Below are positions 41,886 through 50,891 of a stretch of 64,000 nt of DNA, piece by piece. Each line of letters begins with the position of its first letter. Position 1 is the stretch's first letter. The notes beneath the pieces were generated by a model. It had not been told where the DNA came from, did no database searches, and was given only the letters and a program-made list of their open reading frames with translations. The DNA is from an uncultured Acidobacteriaceae bacterium (GTDB lineage Bacteria; Acidobacteriota; Terriglobia; Terriglobales; Acidobacteriaceae): contig CAVWWZ010000015.1 in NCBI GenBank assembly GCA_963758835.1, forward strand, positions 128,249-192,248, written 5' to 3'. The position numbers and the translations under genes are program-made.

Positions 41886-42049
41886 TAGCAAGCCAGCAGC
41901 GGCCGATGGCTATCGTGCCAGGTGCGACTGCGTTCACAGCGAGCATGCGTGGCATGACGCGCAGTTCATCAGACCTGCGCGTCGGTCCCGACTTCGCGCC
42001 AGATCAGCCGGCCTGCCGTGCAGCACGGCCGAAGAGAAAGGAGTTACGA

Positions 42050-43094
42050 ATGCTTTGGAAAGGTTTTCAGAAACCGAAACGGCTGGCTACTGACACCGAA
42101 ACGCTGACCGACAAGTACGGTCACTTCTGGGCACAGCCGTTTGAACGCGGTTTCGGAACGACCATCGGCAACGCGCTGCGCCGCGTGTTGCTGTCCTCCA
42201 TCGAAGGCGCTGCCGTCACGGCGGTGAAGATCGAAGGCGTGTTGCACGAGTTCCAGTCGATCCCCGGAGTGGTCGAGGATGCCACCGACATCATCCTCAA
42301 CCTGAAGCAGATTCCCTTCCGCCTGAACGGCGATGCGCCGAAGGCGATTTATCTGCGCGCCGATCAGCCGGGCGTGGTGACCTCGGGCATGATCGAAGCC
42401 GACGCCGACGTCGAAGTGCTGGACAAGGACGTCTACATCGCGACCATCAGCGAAGGCGGCAAGCTCGACATGGAAATGCGCCTGAAGAAGGGCCGCGGCT
42501 ACGTCTCGGCGGACAAGAACTTCGACGAGGACCTCGGTCTGGGATTCATTCCGATCGACTCGGTTCACTCGCCGGTCCGCAAGTGCAATTACTCGGTAGA
42601 AGCCGCTCGTCTGGGTCAGATCACCGACTACGACAAGCTGGCGATCGAGATCTGGACCAACGGTTCGGTCACTCCGGCCGATGCTCTGGGCCTGGCGGCG
42701 AAGCTGCTGAAGGACCACATGAACATCTTCATCAACTTCGAGGAGGAGCTGGAGGCGCAGGCCGCCGGCGCCTCCGACAAGCCGGAGATCCGCAACGAGA
42801 ACCTGAACCGCTCGGTGGAAGAGCTGGAGCTTTCGGTGCGCAGCTACAACTGCCTGAAGAACGCGAATATCCAGACCATCGGCGAGCTGGTGCAGAAGAC
42901 CGAAGCGGAGATGCTGAAGACCAAGAATTTCGGCCGCAAGTCGCTGAACGAGATCAAGGAGATCCTGTCCTCGATGGGCCTGAGCCTGGGCATGAAGATC
43001 GACGAGCACGGCAACGCCGTGCCGGGCAGCGGATCGATGTCGAGCGCCAGGTCTGGCATCGGCGAACTACGGCAGCATGGACCCGAATTACTAA
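42050..43094 (+). CDS. rpoA: DNA-directed RNA polymerase subunit alpha. The end is placed at the conserved TAA at 43092, but as given the frame stays open to 43153.
   Basis: The protein reads [12 protein letters not shown]...[27 protein letters not shown]...[24 protein letters not shown]...[13 protein letters not shown]. An AAGGAG Shine-Dalgarno sequence lies upstream of 42050. Confidence 0.93.
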
Positions 43095-43234
43095 GCAGTT
43101 GTCAGTGGCCGGTTGTCAGTTGTCAGTTAGCAACTGAGCAACTGAGCTACTAGCAGCTAGTACGGGCGCGGCTTCAGCGCTGCGCAGACATTTATCAAGT
43201 GCGCGGTTTCAACCGCGACTGACAACTGACAACG
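43095..43234. repeat. Heptad module with a tight proximal hairpin and a distal right arm (rpoA|rplQ)
   Basis: gcagttgtcagtggccggttgtcagttgtcagttagc is directly followed by aactgagcaactgagc. The distal arm is cgactgacaactgacaacg at 43216-43234. Confidence 0.88.
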
Positions 43235-43252
43235 TATTTAAGGATTACGGAC

Positions 43253-43754
43253 ATGCGTCATCGTAGAGCAGGATGGAAATTAGGACGTAATACCTCGCAC
43301 CGGCGCGCGCTGCTGCGCAACCTGGTGACCTCGTTGATCGTGGAAGAGCGCATCGAGACGACGCTCACCAAGGCCAAGGCCATGCGTCCCCACGTGGAGA
43401 AGATGATCACCCTGGGCAAGCGTGGCGACGTGGCGGCACGCCGTCTGGCTGCGTCCTACCTGATGACGCGCGATGCCGTCGACAAGCTGTTCGACAACAT
43501 CTCGCCGCGCTATGGCGACCGCGCAGGGCGGCTACCTGCGCATCATTCATGGCGGCTTCCGCCAGGGTGATGGCGGCGACATCGCCTTCGTCGAACTGCT
43601 CGGCAGCGAGAAGACGCTGGACGAGAAGCGCCAGAAGCGTGCCGAACTGCGCGCCAAGCGCGCCGAAGAGAACCGCAAGGCCATGGAAGCGGCCCAGGCC
43701 GAAGCCGGCGCCGGCGATACCGGAGCGGCTGGAGAAGCCAACTCCGAAAAGTAG
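43253..43754 (+). CDS. rplQ: 50S ribosomal protein L17 with an acidic/basic C-terminal extension, one frameshift near 43525
   Basis: The protein reads [42 protein letters not shown]...GGYLRIIH, followed by the tail [30 protein letters not shown]. Confidence 0.93.
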
Positions 43755-43773
43755 CCTCAAGCCGTCTCGATTC

Positions 43774-43810
43774 AACGACGCACCCGGAAACGGGTGCGTC
43801 GTTTTATTTG
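43774..43810 (+). terminator. Rho-independent terminator closing the ribosomal supercluster
   Basis: The stem AACGACGCACCCG pairs with CGGGTGCGTCGTT across a GAAA loop, followed by TTTATTTG. Confidence 0.85.
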
Positions 43811-43856
43811 TACGTCAGCCGGAATACCCGAGCAGATCGCCTGGAGCTTCCGTGGC

Positions 43857-43882
43857 GAGAAAAGGGCGGCGTGCGGCCGCCC
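43857..43882 (-). terminator. Terminator-like hairpin for the PEP-CTERM gene
   Basis: On the minus strand GGGCGGC-cgcac-GCCGCCC is followed by TTTTCTC, 14 nt after the stop at 43896. Confidence 0.5.
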
Positions 43883-43895
43883 GGAAGGCAATTTC

Positions 43896-44450
43896 CTATC
43901 TACTATCTAGCGCCCGGCGCAAAATGCCGGAAGCCGCAAGTATCCCCGACGTAAGCAGCCCCAAGCTTCCCGGCTCAGGTACCGGTGCCGTTGAGCCTGA
44001 CATCAGTCCGATAGGGTTACCCTGCGGATCGCGATAGGAGGATTCCCAGAAGTTCTGGTCGCTATCGGGACCGCAGGCCTGGTTATCAGAGCACACATTG
44101 CCCCCGGCATATCCCACTAGCGAGTCCTTGGCTGATGTTCCTTCGAGCATGAAACGCAGTGCGGGGAAGTCCTGGTTGCCAGTGCCGACCCAAAGTCCAT
44201 ATCCCACCGGCAGACTGTTGGGGTCGTTGCAGCAATCGAATGGAAATTGGGCGAGGATTGTGTTGAAAGTCTGTCCGAGGTAGAGAAAGTCGGCGGACAG
44301 CACCACCCCTGCCGCGGTATCGACCGTGAATGCGCCTGACACGCTAGTGCTATCCAAGAATGTGCCCGTCAACTGAAAGTCAACGATATCGGCACGGGCG
44401 GCCGGGAGCAGACTCATAAAGCAAACCACCAAAACGACGATTTTTCGCAT
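43896..44450 (-). CDS. PEP-CTERM sorting-domain secreted protein
   Basis: The signal peptide is MRKIVVLVVCFMSLLPAARA. The C-terminus is VPEPGSLGLLTSGILAASGILRR (PEP motif, TM helix, basic tail). Confidence 0.85.
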   Translation of the reverse strand: MRKIVVLVVCFMSLLPAARADIVDFQLTGTFLDSTSVSGAFTVDTAAGVVLSADFLYLGQTFNTILAQFPFDCCNDPNSLPVGYGLWVGTGNQDFPALRFMLEGTSAKDSLVGYAGGNVCSDNQACGPDSDQNFWESSYRDPQGNPIGLMSGSTAPVPEPGSLGLLTSGILAASGILRRALDSR

Positions 44451-44642
44451 GTGCTCGTTTCCTCAAGTTTTCTGTGTGTCTGGGAGAACTGATAGTGAGT
44501 ACAGCGTTATGGCGGATTTCAGACGGAGATGCAATGTACTACTTCTGAATTCTTCCTTAACATCCAAGTAACGAGCTGGAAAGAAGATAGCTATTGCCCT
44601 TTCATCGCGAGTTGGCTAATCTTGTTTCCATCCTAAGAACGC

Positions 44643-46703
44643 ATGGGCCCGCGCCTCATTTTTGGACCATACACGCTCACCCTGAGCGGAGACCTGCGCA
44701 AATACGACATTGCGGTCAAGTTGCAGCGGAAGCCTCTTGCGGTCTTACGGGCACTGCTAGAACAACCAGGCGAAACTGTCACGCGACAGGACCTGCATGC
44801 GCGCCTGTGGCCGAGCGACACCTTCGTTGATTTTGATCAAGGACTGAATGTTGCTATCAAGAAGGTTCGCAACGCGCTCTGCGACTCAATTGACAACCCG
44901 CGTTACATCGAGACGGTTCCGGGTGTCGGCTATCGCTTCATTTGCCCGGTACGGGTAAAAGCTGGAGACGTTGAAGGCTACGACCGCCAAGCACTCCCAG
45001 AATCGATGCCGGCCGGGCAGAGATACGGAATTCGCAACGGAGCGGTCCTTCAGAACGGCGGCGAGTTCACGACGCGCCTGGGTTCGCAATGGACTGCACC
45101 GCAAGAATCGAGGCAGGGCGTCCCCGGTTCGGCTGAAGCCCCGCCCGTTCAATTGCCAGCCAGGGCGCCGTGGCGCTGGGCCGCGACCGTGATAGCTGCC
45201 GCCGCGATTGTCTCGGTAGCTTTGGTGCTCACCCGCGGCACCTCAGGTCACGCTAATAAGGCCGGCCCGCAGCCGGACACCAGACTCCAAACTCGACGCG
45301 TGGTTGTCCTTCCCTTCAGAAACCTGACTGGCGATCCGGCGCAGGAATATTTTTGTGAGGGGTTGACCGACGAACTCATTGCCCAACTCAGCGCTATCAA
45401 CGCTCAGAAATTGCAGGTTGTCGCACGCACGAGCGCAATGCACTACAAGGGATCTTCCCTTAACGCAGCGCAAATCGGCTCCGAACTCAAGGCCGACTAT
45501 GTTCTGGGTGGAAGTGTACGCCGCGACGGTTCGCTCTATCGCGTCACTGTCCAGTTGACCGATGCGCAATCGCAAACGAACATTTGGGCAGGCGCATTTG
45601 ATCGCGAATTCAAGGACGTACTCGATGTCTATCGGGACGTTGCCCTCGCTATCAGCGGCGAAATCGGGACTACGATCTCGCCTCAATTCCAGCATCCGGC
45701 GTTCGGGGCGCAACCAGTGAATTCTCTTGCGCACGATGCATACCTCCGGGGGCGCTTCGACTGGAATAAGCGTACCGTCCCCGATTTGCGCGACTCGGTT
45801 GACGAGTTCGAAAGGGCCATCGCCATTGATCCCGATTACCCGGAAGCGCACGCAGGCCTGGCAGACGCCTATTCTCTGCTGGCCTCGTATGGCGCTCTTC
45901 CATTCCGCGACGGCTACCCGAAGGCACGGCTCGAGGCAGAGAAGGCACTTCAACTGAATCCTCATTCCGCGGAAGCGCGGGCGTCACTAGGGTTGGTTGC
46001 GGCATATTACGATTGGAATTTCGAACGCGCAGAACAAGAGTTTCACGCCTCTATCGGCGAGAATCCCAACTACGCCACTGCCCATCATTGGTACGGGTTG
46101 TTTCTCTCCCAGCGCGGGCGGCACGAGGACGCTCTCGCCGAACTCAACCATGCTGCTCTGCTTGACCCGCTTTCCCTGACGATTGGCATTGATCTCGCCA
46201 ATGCCTACATCTACGCTCACCGCTATGACGAGGCAGAGCGCCAGTTACTGAAAGTACGGGCATTGGATCCGACGTACTACGGGACATATGGCGCGATGTC
46301 GTGGCTCTATTCCCTGCAGGGCAGGTTGCCGGAAGCGGAACGAGAAAACAAGACCCTCAAGGATCTTTCAGGTAACTACTCTGGCAACGACTTTATCCTC
46401 GCCTACGCTTACGCCAAGGCTGGACAGACCAGCCACGCCCGGCAACTGCTTCTGCAGATCTCGAAGATGACAACAAAGCGCGGCGACCACTCACAGTGTC
46501 CGATGGATGCTTACCTTGCACTCGGCGAGGACAACGCTGCCCTGAATTGCCTGGACGAAGCCATCCGGGAACACGCCGACTGGCTGGTTCCGTTGGCTCA
46601 GGACAATGAATTCCGCCGGGTGGCTTCCGATCCTCGTTTCCAGTCACGACTGCAAAATGCGGGCTTCCCCTTGCAGGCATATGCGCACGCAGGCGAACGC
46701 TAG
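44643..46703 (+). CDS. Winged-helix (OmpR/CadC-type) DNA-binding protein with a TM segment and a TPR C-terminal domain
   Basis: The ORF is intact at 686 aa. It has LQRKPLAVLRALLEQPGETVTRQDLHARLW...IETVPGVGYRFI, a TM helix WRWAATVIAAAAIVSVALVL, and then TPR-like repeats. Confidence 0.8.
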   Translation: MGPRLIFGPYTLTLSGDLRKYDIAVKLQRKPLAVLRALLEQPGETVTRQDLHARLWPSDTFVDFDQGLNVAIKKVRNALCDSIDNPRYIETVPGVGYRFICPVRVKAGDVEGYDRQALPESMPAGQRYGIRNGAVLQNGGEFTTRLGSQWTAPQESRQGVPGSAEAPPVQLPARAPWRWAATVIAAAAIVSVALVLTRGTSGHANKAGPQPDTRLQTRRVVVLPFRNLTGDPAQEYFCEGLTDELIAQLSAINAQKLQVVARTSAMHYKGSSLNAAQIGSELKADYVLGGSVRRDGSLYRVTVQLTDAQSQTNIWAGAFDREFKDVLDVYRDVALAISGEIGTTISPQFQHPAFGAQPVNSLAHDAYLRGRFDWNKRTVPDLRDSVDEFERAIAIDPDYPEAHAGLADAYSLLASYGALPFRDGYPKARLEAEKALQLNPHSAEARASLGLVAAYYDWNFERAEQEFHASIGENPNYATAHHWYGLFLSQRGRHEDALAELNHAALLDPLSLTIGIDLANAYIYAHRYDEAERQLLKVRALDPTYYGTYGAMSWLYSLQGRLPEAERENKTLKDLSGNYSGNDFILAYAYAKAGQTSHARQLLLQISKMTTKRGDHSQCPMDAYLALGEDNAALNCLDEAIREHADWLVPLAQDNEFRRVASDPRFQSRLQNAGFPLQAYAHAGER

Positions 46704-46764
46704 GCCTTTCCCGGGAATGCGTATTTACTTTAGGGTACGCGGCCTGCGAAGCATCTAGATGCCA

Positions 46765-47667
46765 TCATTTGCCATACTGCGTTACCCATTCCGGCGGCTC
46801 GGGCTCGAGTTTCCCATTCACCTTCACGCCAAGTTCGGCGGCCCAGCGATAGCCCCACATCGGTCCATCGCTGGTGATAAACGTGTCCGGCTGCTTGTAG
46901 ATCGGGTCCGACTCTGCTGCGTCGAGCGACACGAACATATATCCCTTGCTCTCGAAAATCGCCAGCACTTCGTCGATCATGTCGGCGTTCAGCTGATTAT
47001 CGTGGAGAAGCATGATCTCTGGCGGTTCGTATCCCAGCACCCGCTTGTTGAGTGCCGCGTAGTAATCGATCTCAGCGCTGGTGTACGCGAGATAGTCGGC
47101 ACGCAGCTTCGCAGTGCTGGCGTCGTCGTGTTTCGCGAGCATCTTGACGTACGCCCAGGCGAATTCCCAATCGGTGTTGTCGATAGTGCACGGCGCCAGG
47201 CGGTAGCCACGCTTCGCCATGAAGGCGGCAACGGCGTCATGCTTCTCCTTCGTATCGCCGGTATGGTTGTAGGGGAAGCGCAGAAACTGGGGCTTCTTGC
47301 CCACGGCCTTCATCAAGGGGACAATCGTCGCCTCGCCACGAACAATCTCATCTTCGATTTGCTCCACCGAGAGCTCGTTCGCATCCTTGTGGGCATACAA
47401 GTGATTGCCGAGTTCCAAGCTGCCGCTGGTCCATGGCTTGAGCATCGCAGTTCCCCGCTTTACCCCAAGCTGCTCGACTTTTAGCTGATTGACGAATCCC
47501 GTGACCGGCGCCTCGTGCCGCGCCAATCCCACCAGGATCTTATGGTTGACCACAGCCGCCTGCTTGGCATCGGCTGCGTCCAGCTTGTGAATGGTTGGAT
47601 CGTGCCACTCGTACGGAAGGTCGTCGACGGTGATTGCGACCGTTTTTCTCTTGACCTGTCGCGACAA
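46765..47667 (-). CDS. Polysaccharide deacetylase (NodB homology) family protein
   Basis: The protein reads KTVAITVDDLPYEW...TGFVN...FPYNHTGD...LLHDNQLNA. A possible signal peptide lies upstream in another frame (ORF 47481-47774), so the true start may be near 47720. Confidence 0.75.
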   Translation of the reverse strand: MSRQVKRKTVAITVDDLPYEWHDPTIHKLDAADAKQAAVVNHKILVGLARHEAPVTGFVNQLKVEQLGVKRGTAMLKPWTSGSLELGNHLYAHKDANELSVEQIEDEIVRGEATIVPLMKAVGKKPQFLRFPYNHTGDTKEKHDAVAAFMAKRGYRLAPCTIDNTDWEFAWAYVKMLAKHDDASTAKLRADYLAYTSAEIDYYAALNKRVLGYEPPEIMLLHDNQLNADMIDEVLAIFESKGYMFVSLDAAESDPIYKQPDTFITSDGPMWGYRWAAELGVKVNGKLEPEPPEWVTQYGK

Positions 47668-47796
47668 TCACAAGACGGCAATATCGCCCAGAGCAGGACT
47701 GAAGCACAGTGTCGCAACATCCTGGTATTGTAAGCGCGGCTATCCCGGCCTTTGCTACACTGCAAATTCGGCATGCTTCTACGCCGCGAGGTTATT

Positions 47797-48099
47797 ATGC
47801 CTAATCCTACTCAGCAACCCTCCATTAACTTGACCAGTACGCCCGACTATCGCGAGAGCTACGCCAACAGCGTGCAGGTGCGGGTCAACGTCTGGGACTT
47901 CTTCCTTGTCTTTGGCACACTGCAACAGCAGGACGAAGCGCACGTTGACGTTCGCAACTTCCAGGGAATCTATCTCAGCCCGCAGCAGGCGAAGGCGCTG
48001 TACACGATCCTGCAGCAGAACCTCGTGAACTACGAGAACACCTTCGGCGAAATCAAGCTCGATCCCCGCATGGGCCAGCCGGGCGCGCCGGTGCACTAA
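47797..48099 (+). CDS. DUF3467-like small protein
   Basis: The protein reads MPNPTQQPSINLTSTPDYRESYANSVQVRVNVWDFFLVFG...YLSPQQAKALYTILQQNL. The family assignment is from memory. Confidence 0.55.
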   Translation: MPNPTQQPSINLTSTPDYRESYANSVQVRVNVWDFFLVFGTLQQQDEAHVDVRNFQGIYLSPQQAKALYTILQQNLVNYENTFGEIKLDPRMGQPGAPVH

Positions 48100-48120
48100 T
48101 GTCGGGGGGGCTGCTAAAAT

Positions 48121-48432
48121 GTGTTTATGGCAAACACACCCAGCGCGACTTTTAGCATCAGACTGAAGCCAGGCACCAAGAAGAAACTCGCAAAGCTGGC
48201 AAAGGCCTCAGGGCGCAGTGCGAACTTCCTTGTCTCTGATGCGGTGGAGTCTTACGTTGCCGACCAGGAGCGCCTGTTGGCGGAGCTGCGCCGGGCCGAT
48301 CAGGACGTAAGCGATGGCCACTATGTGCGGGACGGGGATATGAAAGCTTGGCTGCTTTCCTGGGGAACCGACCATGAGTTGCCGCCCCCGCACTGCATCT
48401 GCGGAAAGCCTCATGACGATGAGGTTGCGTGA
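48121..48432 (+). CDS. Ribbon-helix-helix (CopG/ParD-like) antitoxin with a Cys/His-containing C-terminal tail
   Basis: The protein reads TFSIRLKPGTKKKLAKLAKASGRSANFLVSDAVESYV (RHH pattern). Its stop overlaps the next gene's start (GTGA). Confidence 0.7.
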   Translation: MFMANTPSATFSIRLKPGTKKKLAKLAKASGRSANFLVSDAVESYVADQERLLAELRRADQDVSDGHYVRDGDMKAWLLSWGTDHELPPPHCICGKPHDDEVA

Positions 48433-48749
48433 ATACCGACCTGGAAGAAGGATCCCGGCCGGCGCTGGAGATCGTATGGTCGCGCATTGCATTGGCTCGA
48501 TTAAGAGAGATACGGCAGTATGTTGCATCCGATAAGCCTGAGGCAGCAGCCAGACTCGCGCTTCGGATAGCGACCGTTGTTGCAGGCCTTCGCATTCATC
48601 CTCGCATGGGCCGCGCTGGGTCACAGCCGAATGTTCGTGAATTAGTCATCGGAGGTACTCCGTACATCGTTGTCTATAAAGTTGGGCGTAAGCGAGTGAC
48701 GATTCTCAACGTCTGGCATGGAGCTCAGGAGTCAAGGTCGGGTGATTGA
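48429..48749 (+). CDS. ParE/RelE-family toxin
   Basis: GTG start. The protein reads IVWSRIALARLREIRQYVASDKPEAAARLALRI...GRAGSQPNVRELVIGGTPYIVVYKV..KRVTILNVWHGAQ. Confidence 0.75.
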   Translation: MNTDLEEGSRPALEIVWSRIALARLREIRQYVASDKPEAAARLALRIATVVAGLRIHPRMGRAGSQPNVRELVIGGTPYIVVYKVGRKRVTILNVWHGAQESRSGD

Positions 48750-50329
48750 ATCCGTCACCGTACTGCGTCGCGATCTCGCTGCTTTCGCGCTGATCTTCAC
48801 CGCGCTGTTCATTACCCATTCACCGCTGCTGCGGCTTCCCTACTTCTGGGATGAGGCCGGATACTTCATCCCCGCTGCACGCGACCTGATGCTGACGGGA
48901 TCGCTCATTCCTCACTCAACACTTTCCAACGCTCATCCGCCATTGCTGATGCTATGGCTGGCGTTCTGGTGGAAGTTCAGCGCGTTCACCCCGGCGGTCA
49001 CGCGACTCGCCATGCTGCTGGTCGCCTCGTTTGCGCTTCTTGGACTGTGGCGGCTGGCGCGCAACGTGGCCAATTCGCAGGTCGCCATCGCCACCGTTCT
49101 CTGCACTGCGCTGTACCCAGTATTCTTCGCGCAGAGCTCGCTGGCACAGCTCGACTATGATGGCCGCGGCCTTAACTCTCTGGGGACTAGCGATGTACGT
49201 CGAGCGGCGGATATGTATCGCCGTGATCTTGCTTGCACTCGCGCCGCTAGCGAAAGAAACTGCGCTGATTGCACCTGTTGCCATTTGCACCTGGGAACTA
49301 CTCTGTCCGCTGATGCGAGCTCGTGCACTCGCGGGCGAACCTCTCTGCCTGCGATCAGGCAAGCCGATTCGAGCTTTGGTTTGGCTTCTATGTGCGATTC
49401 CGCTGGCTTGCTGGCTAGCGTATCACAAGCACGCGACGGGATACCTCTTCGGCAATCCCGAATATCTGCGCTACAACGCGACCGCCACGCTCAACCCTTT
49501 GCGAATCGTGCTGGCCATGCTGATTCGGCTCTGGCATCTGCTGGGGTACCTGAACCTGTTTGTGCTCACCCTCGGTGCGGCCTATGCAATGACGGGACCT
49601 GCACTGCGCGAGCCCGACGGTACAAGCCGCCCACGAATCCCCGTCAACGTGCAGATGGTCTTTGCGGTAGTAATCCTGGCGTATCTCGTCGCATTCTCGG
49701 TGGTCGGTGGGGCCATGCTGGCGCGATATCTTTTGCCCGTATACCCACTCGTCATTCTGATCTGCGTCTCGACACTGTGGCGGCGTGTGCGCGGTTGGAT
49801 CTGGTGGATTACTGCCGCGTGCGCGCTGTTCGTGTTCGCGCTGATCGTTCCGCCTCCGTATCGCGTCTCGGCTGAAGACACACTGCTGTATCGCGACTAC
49901 GTTCTGGTTCACAAAGCTGCTGCGAACCAGCTCTCCACCCGGTTTCCAGACAAGCGCGTACTCACGGCGTGGCCCGCATCCGACGAACTCACTCAACCGT
50001 ACCTGGGATACGTCGAGCGTCCGCTCACTGTCGTTCGAATCGAAAACTTCGCTGACCTGGAGATGCTGCGCGCCTCGCACGCTACCGGCCAGTTCGACAT
50101 TGTGCTGCTGTTCTCGACCAAGTGGGAGCCGCTGCACCCTTTGCTAACTTCCCTTCCCTTCGGGCGCGCGCTGCACCAGCGTTTCTTTGATTACCACGAA
50201 GACATGGATCCGCAACGCGCCGCGGCACTACTCGGCGGACGGGTTCTGGATTACCACAACCGAAACAATGAGTGGGTCGCGATCATCTCGATCGAGCGGA
50301 TTGAAAGTGCCTCAGCAGCTGGCAATTAA
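48742..50329 (+). CDS. GT39/ArnT-like integral membrane glycosyltransferase family protein, one frameshift near 49150
   Basis: The protein reads LRLPYFWDEAGYFIPAARDLMLTGSLIP...HPPLLMLWLAFWWKF, followed by many TM helices (ORF 49031-50329). The start is uncertain (ATG 48718 or GTG 48742). Confidence 0.6.
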
Positions 50330-50409
50330 CCAAAGCGGCAGCCCTCGCAAATAAAGGGACACCACCGTCGCTAGTTGCTAGTACCTCGTTTTACCTGCAC
50401 ACTGGCTCT

Positions 50410-50886
50410 GTGGACTTCGTCACCCGGCCCTATCGCGCGGCCGACTTCGACCGCCTGTGGCAGATCGATCAGGCATGTTTTGCGCCCGGCATTGCCTACT
50501 CGCAGATGGAGCTCTCCGGCTTTATCACGCGGCGCAATGCGATTACCTTAGTCGCAGAGCATGCGGCTACGGATCACCATGAAGCATCCCGACCCGAAGC
50601 CGTCATCGCTTTCGCGGTCGCGCAGCCCTACCGCAAATCCGGACGCATCCTGACGCTCGATGTGCTCCCCGAAGCTCGCCGTTTCGGGCTCGGTTCCAGG
50701 CTGATGCTGGAATGCGAAGCCCGCGTGCGCCAGCGTGGTTGTACCGAGATGTTCCTGGAAACCGCGGTCGATAACGAAGCCGCGCTCAAGCTCTACCATA
50801 AGCATGGATATCGCATACTGCGTACCCTACCGGGTTACTACCACGCTCACGGGCTTGATGCCTTCCTCATGGGGAAAGAGCTGTAG
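50410..50886 (+). CDS. GNAT family N-acetyltransferase (RimI-like)
   Basis: The protein reads ILTLDVLPEARRFGLGSRLMLECEARVRQRGCTEMFLETAVDNEAALKLYHKHGY. GTG start. Confidence 0.8.
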   Translation: MDFVTRPYRAADFDRLWQIDQACFAPGIAYSQMELSGFITRRNAITLVAEHAATDHHEASRPEAVIAFAVAQPYRKSGRILTLDVLPEARRFGLGSRLMLECEARVRQRGCTEMFLETAVDNEAALKLYHKHGYRILRTLPGYYHAHGLDAFLMGKEL

Positions 50887-50891
50887 CTACC

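Noticed and set aside
41636-42049. A 138-codon N-terminal extension of the rpoA ORF (ORF 41636-43153).
   Set aside because: The upstream part is an off-frame read-through of the rpsD 3' end and the spacer. The canonical rpoA start [12 protein letters not shown] at 42050 has its own AAGGAG Shine-Dalgarno sequence.
25520-43252. Heptad arrays considered as CRISPR arrays.
   Set aside because: The units are 7 nt long and directly tandem with no spacers, and the arrays are only 14-40 nt long. There are no cas genes. The arrays lie inside an operon.
46759-47484. A 241-aa plus-strand ORF.
   Set aside because: It is antisense to the well-supported polysaccharide deacetylase gene (VAITVDDLPYEW, LLHDNQ motifs).
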